Positions 1 to 8,947 of a stretch of 48,601 nt of DNA are shown here, piece by piece. Position 1 is the stretch's first letter; every line of letters begins with the position of its first letter. The DNA comes from an uncultured virus (IMG/VR IMGVR_UViG_3300031134_000641). Its lineage: Duplodnaviria > Heunggongvirae > Uroviricota > Caudoviricetes. A program made the translations under genes and the position numbers. Below the pieces are notes generated by a model. The model saw only the letters and a list, made by a program, of their open reading frames with translations, did no database searches and was not told where the DNA came from. The stretch lies in IMG/VR virus record IMGVR_UViG_3300031134_000641, one strand, 5' to 3'.

Positions 1-2
1 GG

Positions 3-1241
3 GACAAAAAAGTCTCTGACTGGCTTGTAGATAAGTTCAAGCAGAGTTCAGGTGTCAACCTCTCTGGAGACAAGATTGCTATGCAGCGTCTAAAGGAAGC
101 TGCTGAGCAGGCTAAGAAGGAACTCTCTAGCTCCACTTCAACAACCATTCAGCTTCCTTACCTTTCTTTGACTCCTGAAGGCCCTGTCAACATGGAGGAA
201 ACCCTTACTCGTGCACAGTTTGAGAGCCTAACTTCTGACCTGCTCGCTCGCACACGTAAGCCGTTTGAGGATGCTATTCGTGAGGCTAAGATCACCGTAG
301 ATGACATTCACCATGTTGTTCTTGTTGGTGGTTCAACCCGTATGCCTGCTGTAGTTGAGCTTGTTAAAGAACTTACCGGTGGTAAAGCACCTAACCAGGG
401 AGTAAACCCTGATGAGGTTGTAGCTATTGGTGCTGCTCTTCAGGCCGGTGTGCTAAAGGGTGAGCGTAAAGACGTTCTACTTATTGACGTTACACCTTTG
501 TCATTGGGAATCGCAACTAATGGTGACATTATGACTAAGATTATTGAGCGTAACACAGCTATCCCGTCTAAGCGTAGTGAGACCTTCACCACTGCTTCTG
601 ATAACCAGTCTAGTGTGACAATTCAGGTTTACCAGGGTGAGCGTGAGTTCATTCGTGACAACAAGCTTCTTGGCAAGTTTGACCTGACCGGTATTCTGCC
701 TGCACCTAAGGGCGTTCCTCAGATTGAGGTCAGCTTTGACATTGATGCTAACGGTATCGTGCATGTCTCTGCTAAAGACAAGGCCACAGGACGTGAACAG
801 CAGACCGTCATCACTGGCGGCTCCTCTCTTTCCAAAGAAGAGGTAGCCCGTATGGTTGCTGACGCTGAAACTCATGCTGCTGAGGATAAGAAACGTCGTG
901 AGGAAATTGACCTCATCAACTCTTCCGAGCAGCTTGCTTATGCTTTTGAGAAAGCACTCAAAGAGAACGAAGATAAGCTCTCACCTGAAGTCCGCGATGA
1001 GCTACATGCTGACTTGAGTGAGCTTAAAGCAGCTGTAGAGTCTAAAGATGTTGAACGTATCAAGGCTGCCGCTGAGAAGGCTAACAAGAGCCAGAGCAAG
1101 ATTGGTGAAGCAGTCTACGGCGCTCAGGGTTCTAACTCATCTGAGGCCCCTACAGAGCCTCAGGATGCTTCCTCTGAAGCACCTGCTGCCGAAGATGAAG
1201 AAGATATCGTTGACGCAGAAATTGTTGATGACGAGAAGTAA
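3..1241 (+). CDS. dnaK: DnaK/Hsp70 chaperone, 5'-truncated by the window edge
   Basis: Frame is open from position 3 ([13 protein letters not shown]). Motifs [53 protein letters not shown]; actinobacterial-type tail [12 protein letters not shown]. Confidence 0.98.
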   Translation, partial: DKKVSDWLVDKFKQSSGVNLSGDKIAMQRLKEAAEQAKKELSSSTSTTIQLPYLSLTPEGPVNMEETLTRAQFESLTSDLLARTRKPFEDAIREAKITVDDIHHVVLVGGSTRMPAVVELVKELTGGKAPNQGVNPDEVVAIGAALQAGVLKGERKDVLLIDVTPLSLGIATNGDIMTKIIERNTAIPSKRSETFTTASDNQSSVTIQVYQGEREFIRDNKLLGKFDLTGILPAPKGVPQIEVSFDIDANGIVHVSAKDKATGREQQTVITGGSSLSKEEVARMVADAETHAAEDKKRREEIDLINSSEQLAYAFEKALKENEDKLSPEVRDELHADLSELKAAVESKDVERIKAAAEKANKSQSKIGEAVYGAQGSNSSEAPTEPQDASSEAPAAEDEEDIVDAEIVDDEK

Positions 1242-1245
1242 AGTC

Positions 1246-1293
1246 AAATAGAAAGTGGGCCATATCAATATTGATATGGCCCACTTTCTATTT
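1246..1293. terminator. 48-bp perfect palindrome after dnaK, probable terminator
   Basis: aaatagaaagtgggccatatcaat|attgatatggcccactttctattt is self-complementary with no loop. Confidence 0.75.
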
Positions 1294-1325
1294 AGTCAGA
1301 GGGGTAAAAAACTTTTTTCAGCACA

Positions 1326-1335
1326 GTTAGATATA
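1326..1335 (+). promoter_or_regulatory. GTTAGnnAT motif (putative element-specific promoter)
   Basis: GTTAGATATA; GTTAG ends 10 nt before ATG 1341; no SD. Confidence 0.65.
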
Positions 1336-1340
1336 GAAGT

Positions 1341-2837
1341 ATGAAGACCACAATCACTAATGTCTGTAAAGCCCAACGCCCTCTGTTCTGTCGTTACCAT
1401 GGCGATGCTAAACGTGCATCCTATGAGAAGCGCCTTCAGACAGCCCTTGTCAACGCGCAAGCTAACGTTGATCGTGCTGCTAAATCTAATGATGCAGAAG
1501 TTTTCTTGGATGCGAAACAGTACCTTGACAATGCGCAGATTGCTTACGCTGCCACCATTGAAGGTGAACAGAAACTCCGTGAAGAAATTGAGGTAAGCTA
1601 CGGGCTAGAACGTGATGTTCTTCAAAAACGCTTGGATGACGCTCTTGCTGAGAGAGACGAATTAGAGCAAGAAGACGACCAGGATGGTATTTACTCTTTC
1701 CCTTCATCTAAACTAGATGAAGCAGTGGCAAAGATTGAGAAGGCCAACCGTAAGTTGACGCGGGCTGGTCTTGAAGGTGAGTTTGGTTACACAACTAGTA
1801 CCTACATTAAAACTGACCCTAAAACTGGTGAACACTACGAGATGACCAGACTTGAACTCAATCGTCCTCCTGTCAAGATAGGCGGATGGGACTTTGTGGC
1901 TTCAGTTGATAAAGCTCCGAACAACGATTTCATCACACGTGTCCTACCTGGACAAGATCTAAACGGTTACCGACCTGATGCACAAGAGTGCGAACATTGT
2001 GGTTCTACCCGCCGCCGTAACACCACATATCTTCTCCGCAGTGAAGACGGTAGTCTACGACAGGTTGGTTCAAACTGTCTAGAGCCGTTCCTTGGTGTAA
2101 AGCCTAAGGGTTTGTGGGCACTAAACTACGACCCCGAAGAAAACGAACCTTTCTACGACAAGGAATCACCAATTCCTAAGAGCGACAAAGTTCTTCCTCT
2201 TGAAGATACAATCGCTATGGCATTAGCTGTGTCAGATGATGGTGCAAGGTATGTTTCTAAAACCAAAGCTTACGAGTACGGCGGGACTTCAACTGCTGAG
2301 AGTGTTATGAACTCATTCTACTCTAGCTCCGTTGACGCCCATGTGGACCATGAGCCTTACAGAGAAAAAGCGAAAGAGATTATCTCTTCAGTTAACTTTG
2401 AAGGTGACAGTGATTACAACACTAACATGAGGACTGTGCTAGGAGGCGAATGGGTTAGCAACAAGCATGTTGGTCTAGCTGTGTCTGCTGTAGGAGCCTA
2501 CCAGCGTCAGAAGTTCTTCAACGAAAAGAAAACTGAACCTAAATCTGTTGGTTTCCTGGGTGAGCCAAAAGACAAAATCAAAGACGTTAAAGTAACTGTC
2601 AAAAGAGTTGACCACTACGAAAATGATTACAGTTACACTGGTGGTATGCAGTCTCGTTTGATTATGGTGACTGAGGATGGCAAAGAAGTCAAATGGCAAG
2701 CGTCAAGCTACCAGGACCTAAAACAGGGGGACAAGCTACTTCTTACTGGAGGTTCTGTGAAAGGCCACGGCACATTCAACGGCAACGACCAGACAATTAT
2801 TACTAGAACGAAATTTGCTCAACTGAAAGAAGAGTAA
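1341..2837 (+). CDS. Hypothetical protein: N-terminal C-x7-C-x2-H tag, coiled coil, Zn-ribbon, probable C-terminal OB-like domain
   Basis: CKAQRPLFCRYHG at aa 9-21; CEHC...VGSNC; beta-rich C-terminus starting GFLGEPKDKIKDVKVTV. The OB call is inference. Confidence 0.6.
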   Translation: MKTTITNVCKAQRPLFCRYHGDAKRASYEKRLQTALVNAQANVDRAAKSNDAEVFLDAKQYLDNAQIAYAATIEGEQKLREEIEVSYGLERDVLQKRLDDALAERDELEQEDDQDGIYSFPSSKLDEAVAKIEKANRKLTRAGLEGEFGYTTSTYIKTDPKTGEHYEMTRLELNRPPVKIGGWDFVASVDKAPNNDFITRVLPGQDLNGYRPDAQECEHCGSTRRRNTTYLLRSEDGSLRQVGSNCLEPFLGVKPKGLWALNYDPEENEPFYDKESPIPKSDKVLPLEDTIAMALAVSDDGARYVSKTKAYEYGGTSTAESVMNSFYSSSVDAHVDHEPYREKAKEIISSVNFEGDSDYNTNMRTVLGGEWVSNKHVGLAVSAVGAYQRQKFFNEKKTEPKSVGFLGEPKDKIKDVKVTVKRVDHYENDYSYTGGMQSRLIMVTEDGKEVKWQASSYQDLKQGDKLLLTGGSVKGHGTFNGNDQTIITRTKFAQLKEE

Positions 2838-2860
2838 ACTTAAACTAGGTGGGATTTCTT

Positions 2861-2889
2861 TTGCAAAGTTTTCTTTATTGTGCTATGAT
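2861..2889 (+). promoter_or_regulatory. SigA-type promoter
   Basis: TTGCAA-N17-TATGAT with TGn extension. Confidence 0.65.
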
Positions 2890-2928
2890 AGAGGAACAGA
2901 AACGATTAGACAAGGATTCATCCCTATA

Positions 2929-4188
2929 ATGACTTCAACTGAACAGAATGAAGAGTTCGTCGGTAAGGCCCCTGAGAAATTTAGCTTGGCTACTGCTAAA
3001 GCTAGTGCTGATATTGTTGTGCAAAGCGATGAGGCAGCTAAGACAATTGCCCCACCGGTTTCAGACAGTCAGGAGCGTATCCTACGCAAGGAAGCTGAAG
3101 CTTACATCAATGAGCTTTCTAAGCTTGACCACAAATCTCCTGAGTTCAGCAAGAAAATTCAGGAAATCTCTAACAAGGCTAACTCTGACATTGCCGCCTC
3201 CACTGACTTCTCCAATAGCGCTAAGAGCATCCTAGACCGTAAGACAACATCTGTTGCCGGAGCTAAGCGTGCTGGCAACGAAGGCCAGAAAGTTGTTTCA
3301 ACTGAGCTAGCTAACCTCCGTAACCTTGTGGAGGATTTCTCTCCTCACGGTAAGCACCTTTCTGGTACACGCAAAATCCTTGGTGTTATCCCTATGGGTA
3401 AGAACATTGAGCGATACGTTAAACGTTTTGACACTGCTGAGGACCAGCTTGAAGCGATCAGCGCTTCGCTATTCCACGGGCGTGATGAGCTTCTGCGTGA
3501 CAATGCTGAGCTTTACACGCAGGAGGAGAAGCTTTGGAATGCGATGGGTAAGCTCAACGAGGCTGCTTTCTACCTTCAGGCTCTTGATGACGCCACAGTT
3601 AAGCGTATGGAAGAGATTAAAGCTTCTGGTGACATGGAAGAGTACAAGGTTATGGATAACGATATCCTCAACCCTATCCGTCAGCGTAATCAGGATGTTA
3701 CAACACAGATGGCTGTGACAGCACAGGCTTACCTGTCAATGGGTCTCATCCGAAACAACAACGTCGAGATTGTCAAGGGTGTAGAGCGCGCACAGAACAC
3801 CACTGTTGTCGCCCTGTCAACTGCTGTTCGTGTTGCCACCTCACTTGCCGGTTCTGAGGATGCTCTGCGACAGCTGGAGGCTACTAAGGCAACAACTGAG
3901 AAGCTTATTCTAGAGAACAGCAAGCGTTTGAAAGACAACGTTGCGCGTACTCACAAGCTTGCCACCGAAACAACTATTGATGTTAATGTGCTTCGCCAGG
4001 CATTCACTGACACGTTCGCAACAATGGACGCGATTGACGTTGCCAAGTCTGAGGCGAACATCAAAATGGATGCAGCTAAGAATGCTCTTATTGAGCAGCT
4101 TGAGCGAACCAAACCTTACCTTGAGCGTTCACGTAACGAGTCACTAGGCTTTGACAACGGCGCAAGTCGCGGTCAGATTTCCTCGTAA
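2929..4188 (+). CDS. Toxic anion resistance protein, TelA/KlaB family
   Basis: All-helical; GRDELLRDNAEL, IRQRNQDVTTQMAV, IRNNNVEIVKGVERA, AFTDTFATMDAID. Start moved from 2878 to ATG 2929, which lies downstream of the promoter. Confidence 0.85.
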   Translation: MTSTEQNEEFVGKAPEKFSLATAKASADIVVQSDEAAKTIAPPVSDSQERILRKEAEAYINELSKLDHKSPEFSKKIQEISNKANSDIAASTDFSNSAKSILDRKTTSVAGAKRAGNEGQKVVSTELANLRNLVEDFSPHGKHLSGTRKILGVIPMGKNIERYVKRFDTAEDQLEAISASLFHGRDELLRDNAELYTQEEKLWNAMGKLNEAAFYLQALDDATVKRMEEIKASGDMEEYKVMDNDILNPIRQRNQDVTTQMAVTAQAYLSMGLIRNNNVEIVKGVERAQNTTVVALSTAVRVATSLAGSEDALRQLEATKATTEKLILENSKRLKDNVARTHKLATETTIDVNVLRQAFTDTFATMDAIDVAKSEANIKMDAAKNALIEQLERTKPYLERSRNESLGFDNGASRGQISS

Positions 4189-4248
4189 GCACATACAAGT
4201 GTGGCCCTGAACTAGAAACTTAGTTCAGGGCCACACTTGTACGTGCTT
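4187..4248. terminator. Long hairpin between convergent genes (bidirectional terminator)
   Basis: ~28-bp arms with one mismatch, loop gaaact. Core 4199-4236 is the exact reverse complement of 14130-14167. Confidence 0.8.
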
Positions 4249-4926
4249 TTAGCAGTATGTGAACATTGTACCTGAGTAGATACTTGTCACTGTTCCATCT
4301 AATGCTAATGCAATAGCTCCTCTTGCATCACCAGCATCAGCAGGGATACCTTCCTGGTCAGATGACTGGTCAGCCACTAGCCAATGATATTCTGTGTTTG
4401 TCTCACTGTCTTGATAAACTTGGTTTAGAGCGCCTGATACTTTTGCTTCGGCAGCATCGTAGGTGTCACCAATCATGACACCACCTTTTGCCTCAACAGG
4501 AACAGGAGTTTTGTCTGAGCTTGCTGTTAATGTAAACTTTTTAGCTTCTTCTGATTTTTCACCAGCAAAACCAACCATTAAGCTTCCCCAACTGTACCCC
4601 TTAGCATCCACGTAGCAACCATCTGACTCATGGTCGCTTAGTTTAGGTTCAGAACCAAAATTCTCAGTAAGAGAATCAATTGCTTCCACTGGTGATTCAT
4701 CGTATCTAAAAGAAGATATGGTTTCACCGGAGAAGCTTAAGAGTTCAAACTCTTCACCGTTCAAAACAATTTTAGCTAAATCCTGGTTTCCTTTAGCCAT
4801 GGAAGGGGCCGACTCAGAAACCTCTGGGGTAGGGGACTGGGAAGGTGCGGGCGTGTTTCCAGAGCAGCTGGCAAGTAACACGGTTAGACATGCTACGCCG
4901 ATGGCAGCGATAATCTTTTTTCTCAT
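4249..4926 (-). CDS. Lipoprotein of unknown function
   Basis: Signal peptide MRKKIIAAIGVACLTVLLASC with lipobox, followed by a P/S-rich linker. Start set at ATG 4926. Confidence 0.8.
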   Translation of the reverse strand: MRKKIIAAIGVACLTVLLASCSGNTPAPSQSPTPEVSESAPSMAKGNQDLAKIVLNGEEFELLSFSGETISSFRYDESPVEAIDSLTENFGSEPKLSDHESDGCYVDAKGYSWGSLMVGFAGEKSEEAKKFTLTASSDKTPVPVEAKGGVMIGDTYDAAEAKVSGALNQVYQDSETNTEYHWLVADQSSDQEGIPADAGDARGAIALALDGTVTSIYSGTMFTYC

Positions 4927-4934
4927 GACTCTAT

Positions 4935-4949
4935 TATCGGAGTCCGATA
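4935..4949. promoter_or_regulatory. Back-to-back divergent CCGATA motifs
   Basis: TATCGG-agt-CCGATA between divergent genes. The minus-strand copy is 8 nt before ATG 4926. Confidence 0.6.
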
Positions 4950-4961
4950 TTATACTATGAT

Positions 4962-5639
4962 ATGACTTCAGATACAGTGTTTCTTGGTATAGCTGCTGTA
5001 GCAGTAGCATTCAGTTTATATTTTAAACTGACACGTAGTTTGCTCAACCATTTTATAACTGTCGTTCATGAGTTTGGTCACGCAATCGCTGCTCTATTCC
5101 TTGGCGGAAAAGTTCAAGGAATCAAGATAAATAGTGATGGCAGTGGGGTGACAATGAGTGGACATGAAGTTAACATGAGCTACATCCCTATAAGAATTGT
5201 TACCCTGCTATCTGGTTACAGTTTTCCTATTTTCTTGGGGATAGGCTTACTTTGGGCATGGTTTAACAACTATGTTGTTGCAGGGGTCATAACATTAGCA
5301 ATTGTAAGCCTACTTAGCTTTGTTTTCTTACGAAATTTCTTTGCCTTGTTTGTCATGATTTTGTTTTCAGCGATAACTGTAGGAACTTTTTTCCTCCCAT
5401 GGACTGGCTATCCTTACGTGCTAGCTTCTGTAGGGTTGGTTTTCCTTATCTTAGGCCTGAAAGATGCAGGGCAGATAAGTAAAGCTGTTTTTCAAAAGCG
5501 ACCAGAACTAAACTCTGACTTCAATTTACTTAAAGATCAAACACATATTCCAGCCCAAGTCTGGGTTATCATATTCTGGGGTATCCAGATAGCGCTGTTA
5601 ACTGCATTTCTTCTTCTCACAGGCCTACTAAAAGTATAA
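4962..5639 (+). CDS. Membrane metallopeptidase, M50B-like
   Basis: Multi-TM; HEFGH zinc motif, SGY, and a late SDF motif. Confidence 0.85.
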   Translation: MTSDTVFLGIAAVAVAFSLYFKLTRSLLNHFITVVHEFGHAIAALFLGGKVQGIKINSDGSGVTMSGHEVNMSYIPIRIVTLLSGYSFPIFLGIGLLWAWFNNYVVAGVITLAIVSLLSFVFLRNFFALFVMILFSAITVGTFFLPWTGYPYVLASVGLVFLILGLKDAGQISKAVFQKRPELNSDFNLLKDQTHIPAQVWVIIFWGIQIALLTAFLLLTGLLKV

Positions 5640-5691
5640 TTTTGTACCCCAAAAGGCGGACATAAATGCTTTTTGAACCGATAAAGTACAT

Positions 5692-5823
5692 ATGATTGAC
5701 ATTAGCCTTCCCGAAGCTGAGACCATAGTAAACCCGCAGCTTGAAGCAGTTAAACGCGCCCTGGATGAGTTAACTGCCAACCATGAGAACTCTCTGCTTG
5801 AATCTTTAGAGACAGTTGAATAG
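5692..5823 (+). CDS. Small hypothetical protein (43 aa), not in the ORF track
   Basis: MIDISLPEAETIVNPQLEAVKRALDELTANHENSLLESLETVE; fills the intergenic gap; CCGATA 8 nt before the ATG. Confidence 0.55.
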   Translation: MIDISLPEAETIVNPQLEAVKRALDELTANHENSLLESLETVE

Positions 5824-5844
5824 TTAACCGAGGTGTGCTATGGT
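5816..5844 (+). promoter_or_regulatory. SigA-type promoter, leaderless PNKP transcript
   Basis: TTGAAT-N17-TATGGT, 7 nt before ATG 5852. Confidence 0.55.
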
Positions 5845-5851
5845 TTGAAGT

Positions 5852-6793
5852 ATGAATACCAACCATAAATCCACTTTAACTCTTACCCTATGCCGTGGCC
5901 TGCCAGGATCTGGTAAAACAACGTGGGCGGAACAGCAGATGCGCGCCAACCCAGACAAGTATGTACGGGTCAGTCGTGACAGTATCCGTAATGCCTTCTA
6001 CCAGAAGAGTATTCTTTCTCCCTTTGATGAGCAGAAGGTAACAGAAATTCAGATTGATATGATCAGGAAGTTCCTTCTCAGCAAAAAAGATGTTCTTGTA
6101 GATGACACTAATCTCTCTGGTAGGGCCATGAACCGCTTTTACAACTTAGTTCAGGAGTTCGAAGGAAGAGTCCAGATTCGTGTACAGGATTTCTCTGTTG
6201 ACTACAAAAAGGTAATTGAACGTGACCGTCTGCGGGGTGAAAACGGTGGGACTTCTGTTGGCAAAGACGTTATTATGGGCATGGTAAACAAGCGTATGAA
6301 CGGATCATCTGAGCTTCCTACTCTTGATGCCAAATTCTATCAGCCTATTGTAAAGCGTGAGACAATTGAGCAGGATGCCGCTTTGCCGTCCGCCTGGCTG
6401 GTTGATATTGACGGTACTTTAAGTGATTTAAACGGACGCAATCCGTATGACTACGATAAGGTAGACAATGATGCTCCCATTGAGCACATTATTGAACTAG
6501 TAAGTACATTAAAAGCTGCGGGTAACATTATTGTTCTTATGACTGGACGTGATGCTGTAGCTCGCGTTTTAACTGAAGAGTGGCTAAAAGTATGGGAAGT
6601 CTCTTACGACCACTTATACATGCGAGCAGCGAATGACACACGTAAAGACAGTGTTGTGAAGAAAGAACTCTATAATGCACATGTCAAAGGGACATACAAC
6701 GTAAAGGGTGTCCTTGATGACCGTAGCAGTGTAGTGCAGATGTGGAGAAGCGAAGGCTTATTCTGCGCTCAGGTAGCTGACGGCTTATTTTAA
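5852..6793 (+). CDS. Polynucleotide 5'-kinase/3'-phosphatase (T4 PseT-like), copy 1
   Basis: P-loop GLPGSGKT, SRDSIR, VDDTNL; HAD motifs DIDGT, TGR, DDR. Confidence 0.92.
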   Translation: MNTNHKSTLTLTLCRGLPGSGKTTWAEQQMRANPDKYVRVSRDSIRNAFYQKSILSPFDEQKVTEIQIDMIRKFLLSKKDVLVDDTNLSGRAMNRFYNLVQEFEGRVQIRVQDFSVDYKKVIERDRLRGENGGTSVGKDVIMGMVNKRMNGSSELPTLDAKFYQPIVKRETIEQDAALPSAWLVDIDGTLSDLNGRNPYDYDKVDNDAPIEHIIELVSTLKAAGNIIVLMTGRDAVARVLTEEWLKVWEVSYDHLYMRAANDTRKDSVVKKELYNAHVKGTYNVKGVLDDRSSVVQMWRSEGLFCAQVADGLF

Positions 6794-6835
6794 GGTTCGT
6801 TTCCGATAACTGTATAGATAACAGTAGGAGGAAAC

Positions 6836-7201
6836 ATGTTAGCAGAACTTACAGTTGTAGACAGTGAAAAGAAAATTGTTCAAATTGAGTTCACAAACGA
6901 TTTACAGTATGACATTCAGTATTTAGATTTGAATCATGTGAATGCACAAGAGTTGGAAGATTTTTTTCAGTTTGAGCCACCAATTGTGCACAAAGATAGA
7001 GTTGCTGTAACTGAGGCAACAGATGAGATAATCATTCTTAAGCCAGGTGAGGAATATGTAACATCTCCCATCAGTTTGAACGAACACTACTCTTTGTCTT
7101 CAGTAATACCTTTGCAGCTGAGGTATCATTCTCTACATAGAACAAATCAGAGTGATGAATCTGAGAAAATACTGGTAGAAAGTAATTGGATCGCATTGTA
7201 A
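6836..7201 (+). CDS. Hypothetical beta-rich protein
   Basis: Strong SD (AGGAGG); LKPGEEY...VESNWI pattern suggests an Ig-like fold (inference). Confidence 0.6.
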   Translation: MLAELTVVDSEKKIVQIEFTNDLQYDIQYLDLNHVNAQELEDFFQFEPPIVHKDRVAVTEATDEIIILKPGEEYVTSPISLNEHYSLSSVIPLQLRYHSLHRTNQSDESEKILVESNWIAL

Positions 7202-7245
7202 ATCAGTTTTTAAGATAGACTAGCAAAAACATTTTAGGAAAGTAT

Positions 7246-8106
7246 ATGAGTTTAAACCCAACACCAAGTAAAAATGAGAAGCGCGAAGCTTCTCGTGAGA
7301 AAGCTAGACAAAAAAGGCTAGCCGAAGCAAAAAAGAAGAAGCGCATCAAAATTTTCGCCCAGGTGGGTGCGGGCGTTGGAATTCTCGCAGTCGCTGGTTT
7401 GGTGGTAGCACTAGTGGTTAATAACAATCAGCCTGCTGTCGCTCAGGTTAACCCTGCAAACTTAGCATCAAATGGTGTTGTAGTCACAGGTGAAAACCTT
7501 TCTACTGTGAGGACTGATGCCACACCTGTTGGCGAAAAGTCTACTCCTACAGCAGTCAAAGACGATGTAACCAAGGTTGATATTTACCTTGACTACCTCT
7601 GCCCTTTCTGTAACGACTTTGAGACTGCCAACTCTGATACTATTGCTGAGGCAGTAAAAGCTGGTGACGTAGAAGTAGAAATACATCCTCTTGCAGTATT
7701 AGACGGTAACGCACGCCAGTATTCTTCTCGTGCAGCTAACGCTGCTGCCTGTGTCGTAAACTACTCACCAGATTCATTCTGGGACTTCAACACAGCATTG
7801 TTTGCTAACCAGCCAGCAGAAACATCAGCAGCTGGCCTACAGGATCGTCAGATAGTTAGCATTGCAAACGAAGTTGGCGTAGAAAACATTGATGCCATCA
7901 CAGAATGCATTAATGATAAGTCTTTCGGTAACTGGGTAGATGACGCAACTCAGCAAGCGCTAGCTGGACCTATTCCTAACTCTGACGTTCCCGCTATCAC
8001 TGGAACACCAACAGTAATCGTTGACGGAGAGCAGTATAACCCAGGTGAGAACCCTGACTTTGGTTCCTTCTTAGACTCAGCTATTTCTGCTAAGCAAGGC
8101 GCATAA
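7246..8106 (+). CDS. Membrane-anchored DsbA-family thiol-disulfide oxidoreductase
   Basis: Basic N-terminus plus TM; DYLCPFC; cis-Pro loop GTPT. Confidence 0.9.
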   Translation: MSLNPTPSKNEKREASREKARQKRLAEAKKKKRIKIFAQVGAGVGILAVAGLVVALVVNNNQPAVAQVNPANLASNGVVVTGENLSTVRTDATPVGEKSTPTAVKDDVTKVDIYLDYLCPFCNDFETANSDTIAEAVKAGDVEVEIHPLAVLDGNARQYSSRAANAAACVVNYSPDSFWDFNTALFANQPAETSAAGLQDRQIVSIANEVGVENIDAITECINDKSFGNWVDDATQQALAGPIPNSDVPAITGTPTVIVDGEQYNPGENPDFGSFLDSAISAKQGA

Positions 8107-8120
8107 AAGCTGAACATGAA

Positions 8121-8159
8121 TAGGAAAGGCCCATACAGATTTTGTATGGGCCTTTCCTA
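8121..8159. terminator. Hairpin between convergent genes
   Basis: taggaaaggcccataca-gattt-tgtatgggcctttccta. Confidence 0.8.
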
Positions 8160-8162
8160 CAA

Positions 8163-8759
8163 TCAAAAGTGATTTATCCGCCAGCCAGTTTCTGTTTTTG
8201 TTAGGCCAACTGTGGTAGACAATTCTTCTGGCTCTCCGTTAGCTTCCAAAAATTCAATATCCTGGTAGGTAACATCTTCAACACTATTAACAGTTACATC
8301 AACAGTTGAACTATCAACAGGATTTATCTCATCCAATGAAGTGACCTCGCAAGTGTTTTCTAACGCGACCGGATTATAGAAATCTCCGTCATTATAGATG
8401 TTATCGCTCGTAGTGTACTGCTTGATCCTATTAGCACGTACATCTATGTTCTCTTCTTTATCCAGAAGGCAAAATTCTTTGTACCCTCTAGTAGCAATAT
8501 CGTTGATCTGCGTTTTCTCTTCTTCTGTGAGCGTTATTGTGCTTTCAGAAGGAGAAAAAGAAGGCTCTGGAGAAGCAGAGTAAGAGTCAGATGGTAAACT
8601 ACTTTGGGCTTCTGTGCTATCAGTTCTAGCATCTTGAGGCAAAGCCAGCGACACGCCTAAAGCTATGATACCCAGGCCAACAAAAGCACATGAGATAACA
8701 CTAACTAGCCTTATTGGGGCTGGTATTGTTTTCCATGTTTGTTTAAAGTTAACTGACAT
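8163..8759 (-). CDS. Single-TM membrane-anchored hypothetical protein
   Basis: N-terminal TM, S/P-rich linker, acidic extracellular domain. ATG 8759 has an AAGGA SD; alternative GTG start at 8789. Confidence 0.7.
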   Translation of the reverse strand: MSVNFKQTWKTIPAPIRLVSVISCAFVGLGIIALGVSLALPQDARTDSTEAQSSLPSDSYSASPEPSFSPSESTITLTEEEKTQINDIATRGYKEFCLLDKEENIDVRANRIKQYTTSDNIYNDGDFYNPVALENTCEVTSLDEINPVDSSTVDVTVNSVEDVTYQDIEFLEANGEPEELSTTVGLTKTETGWRINHF

Positions 8760-8947
8760 ATTGTTCCTTTTAGCTTTCTTATAGCTCACAAATCTATATC
8801 GGAGATAGTCTTATCTTTGTTTTTAGGGGATAAATATGCTTAAAACGCAATTTTTTAGAGAAAACTTCTATTTCGATTAGTATTTTAACCGATGATAGTG
8901 TATAGTAAGCCTCAAGTAGTAAATAATAGCAGACAAGGAATACTATT

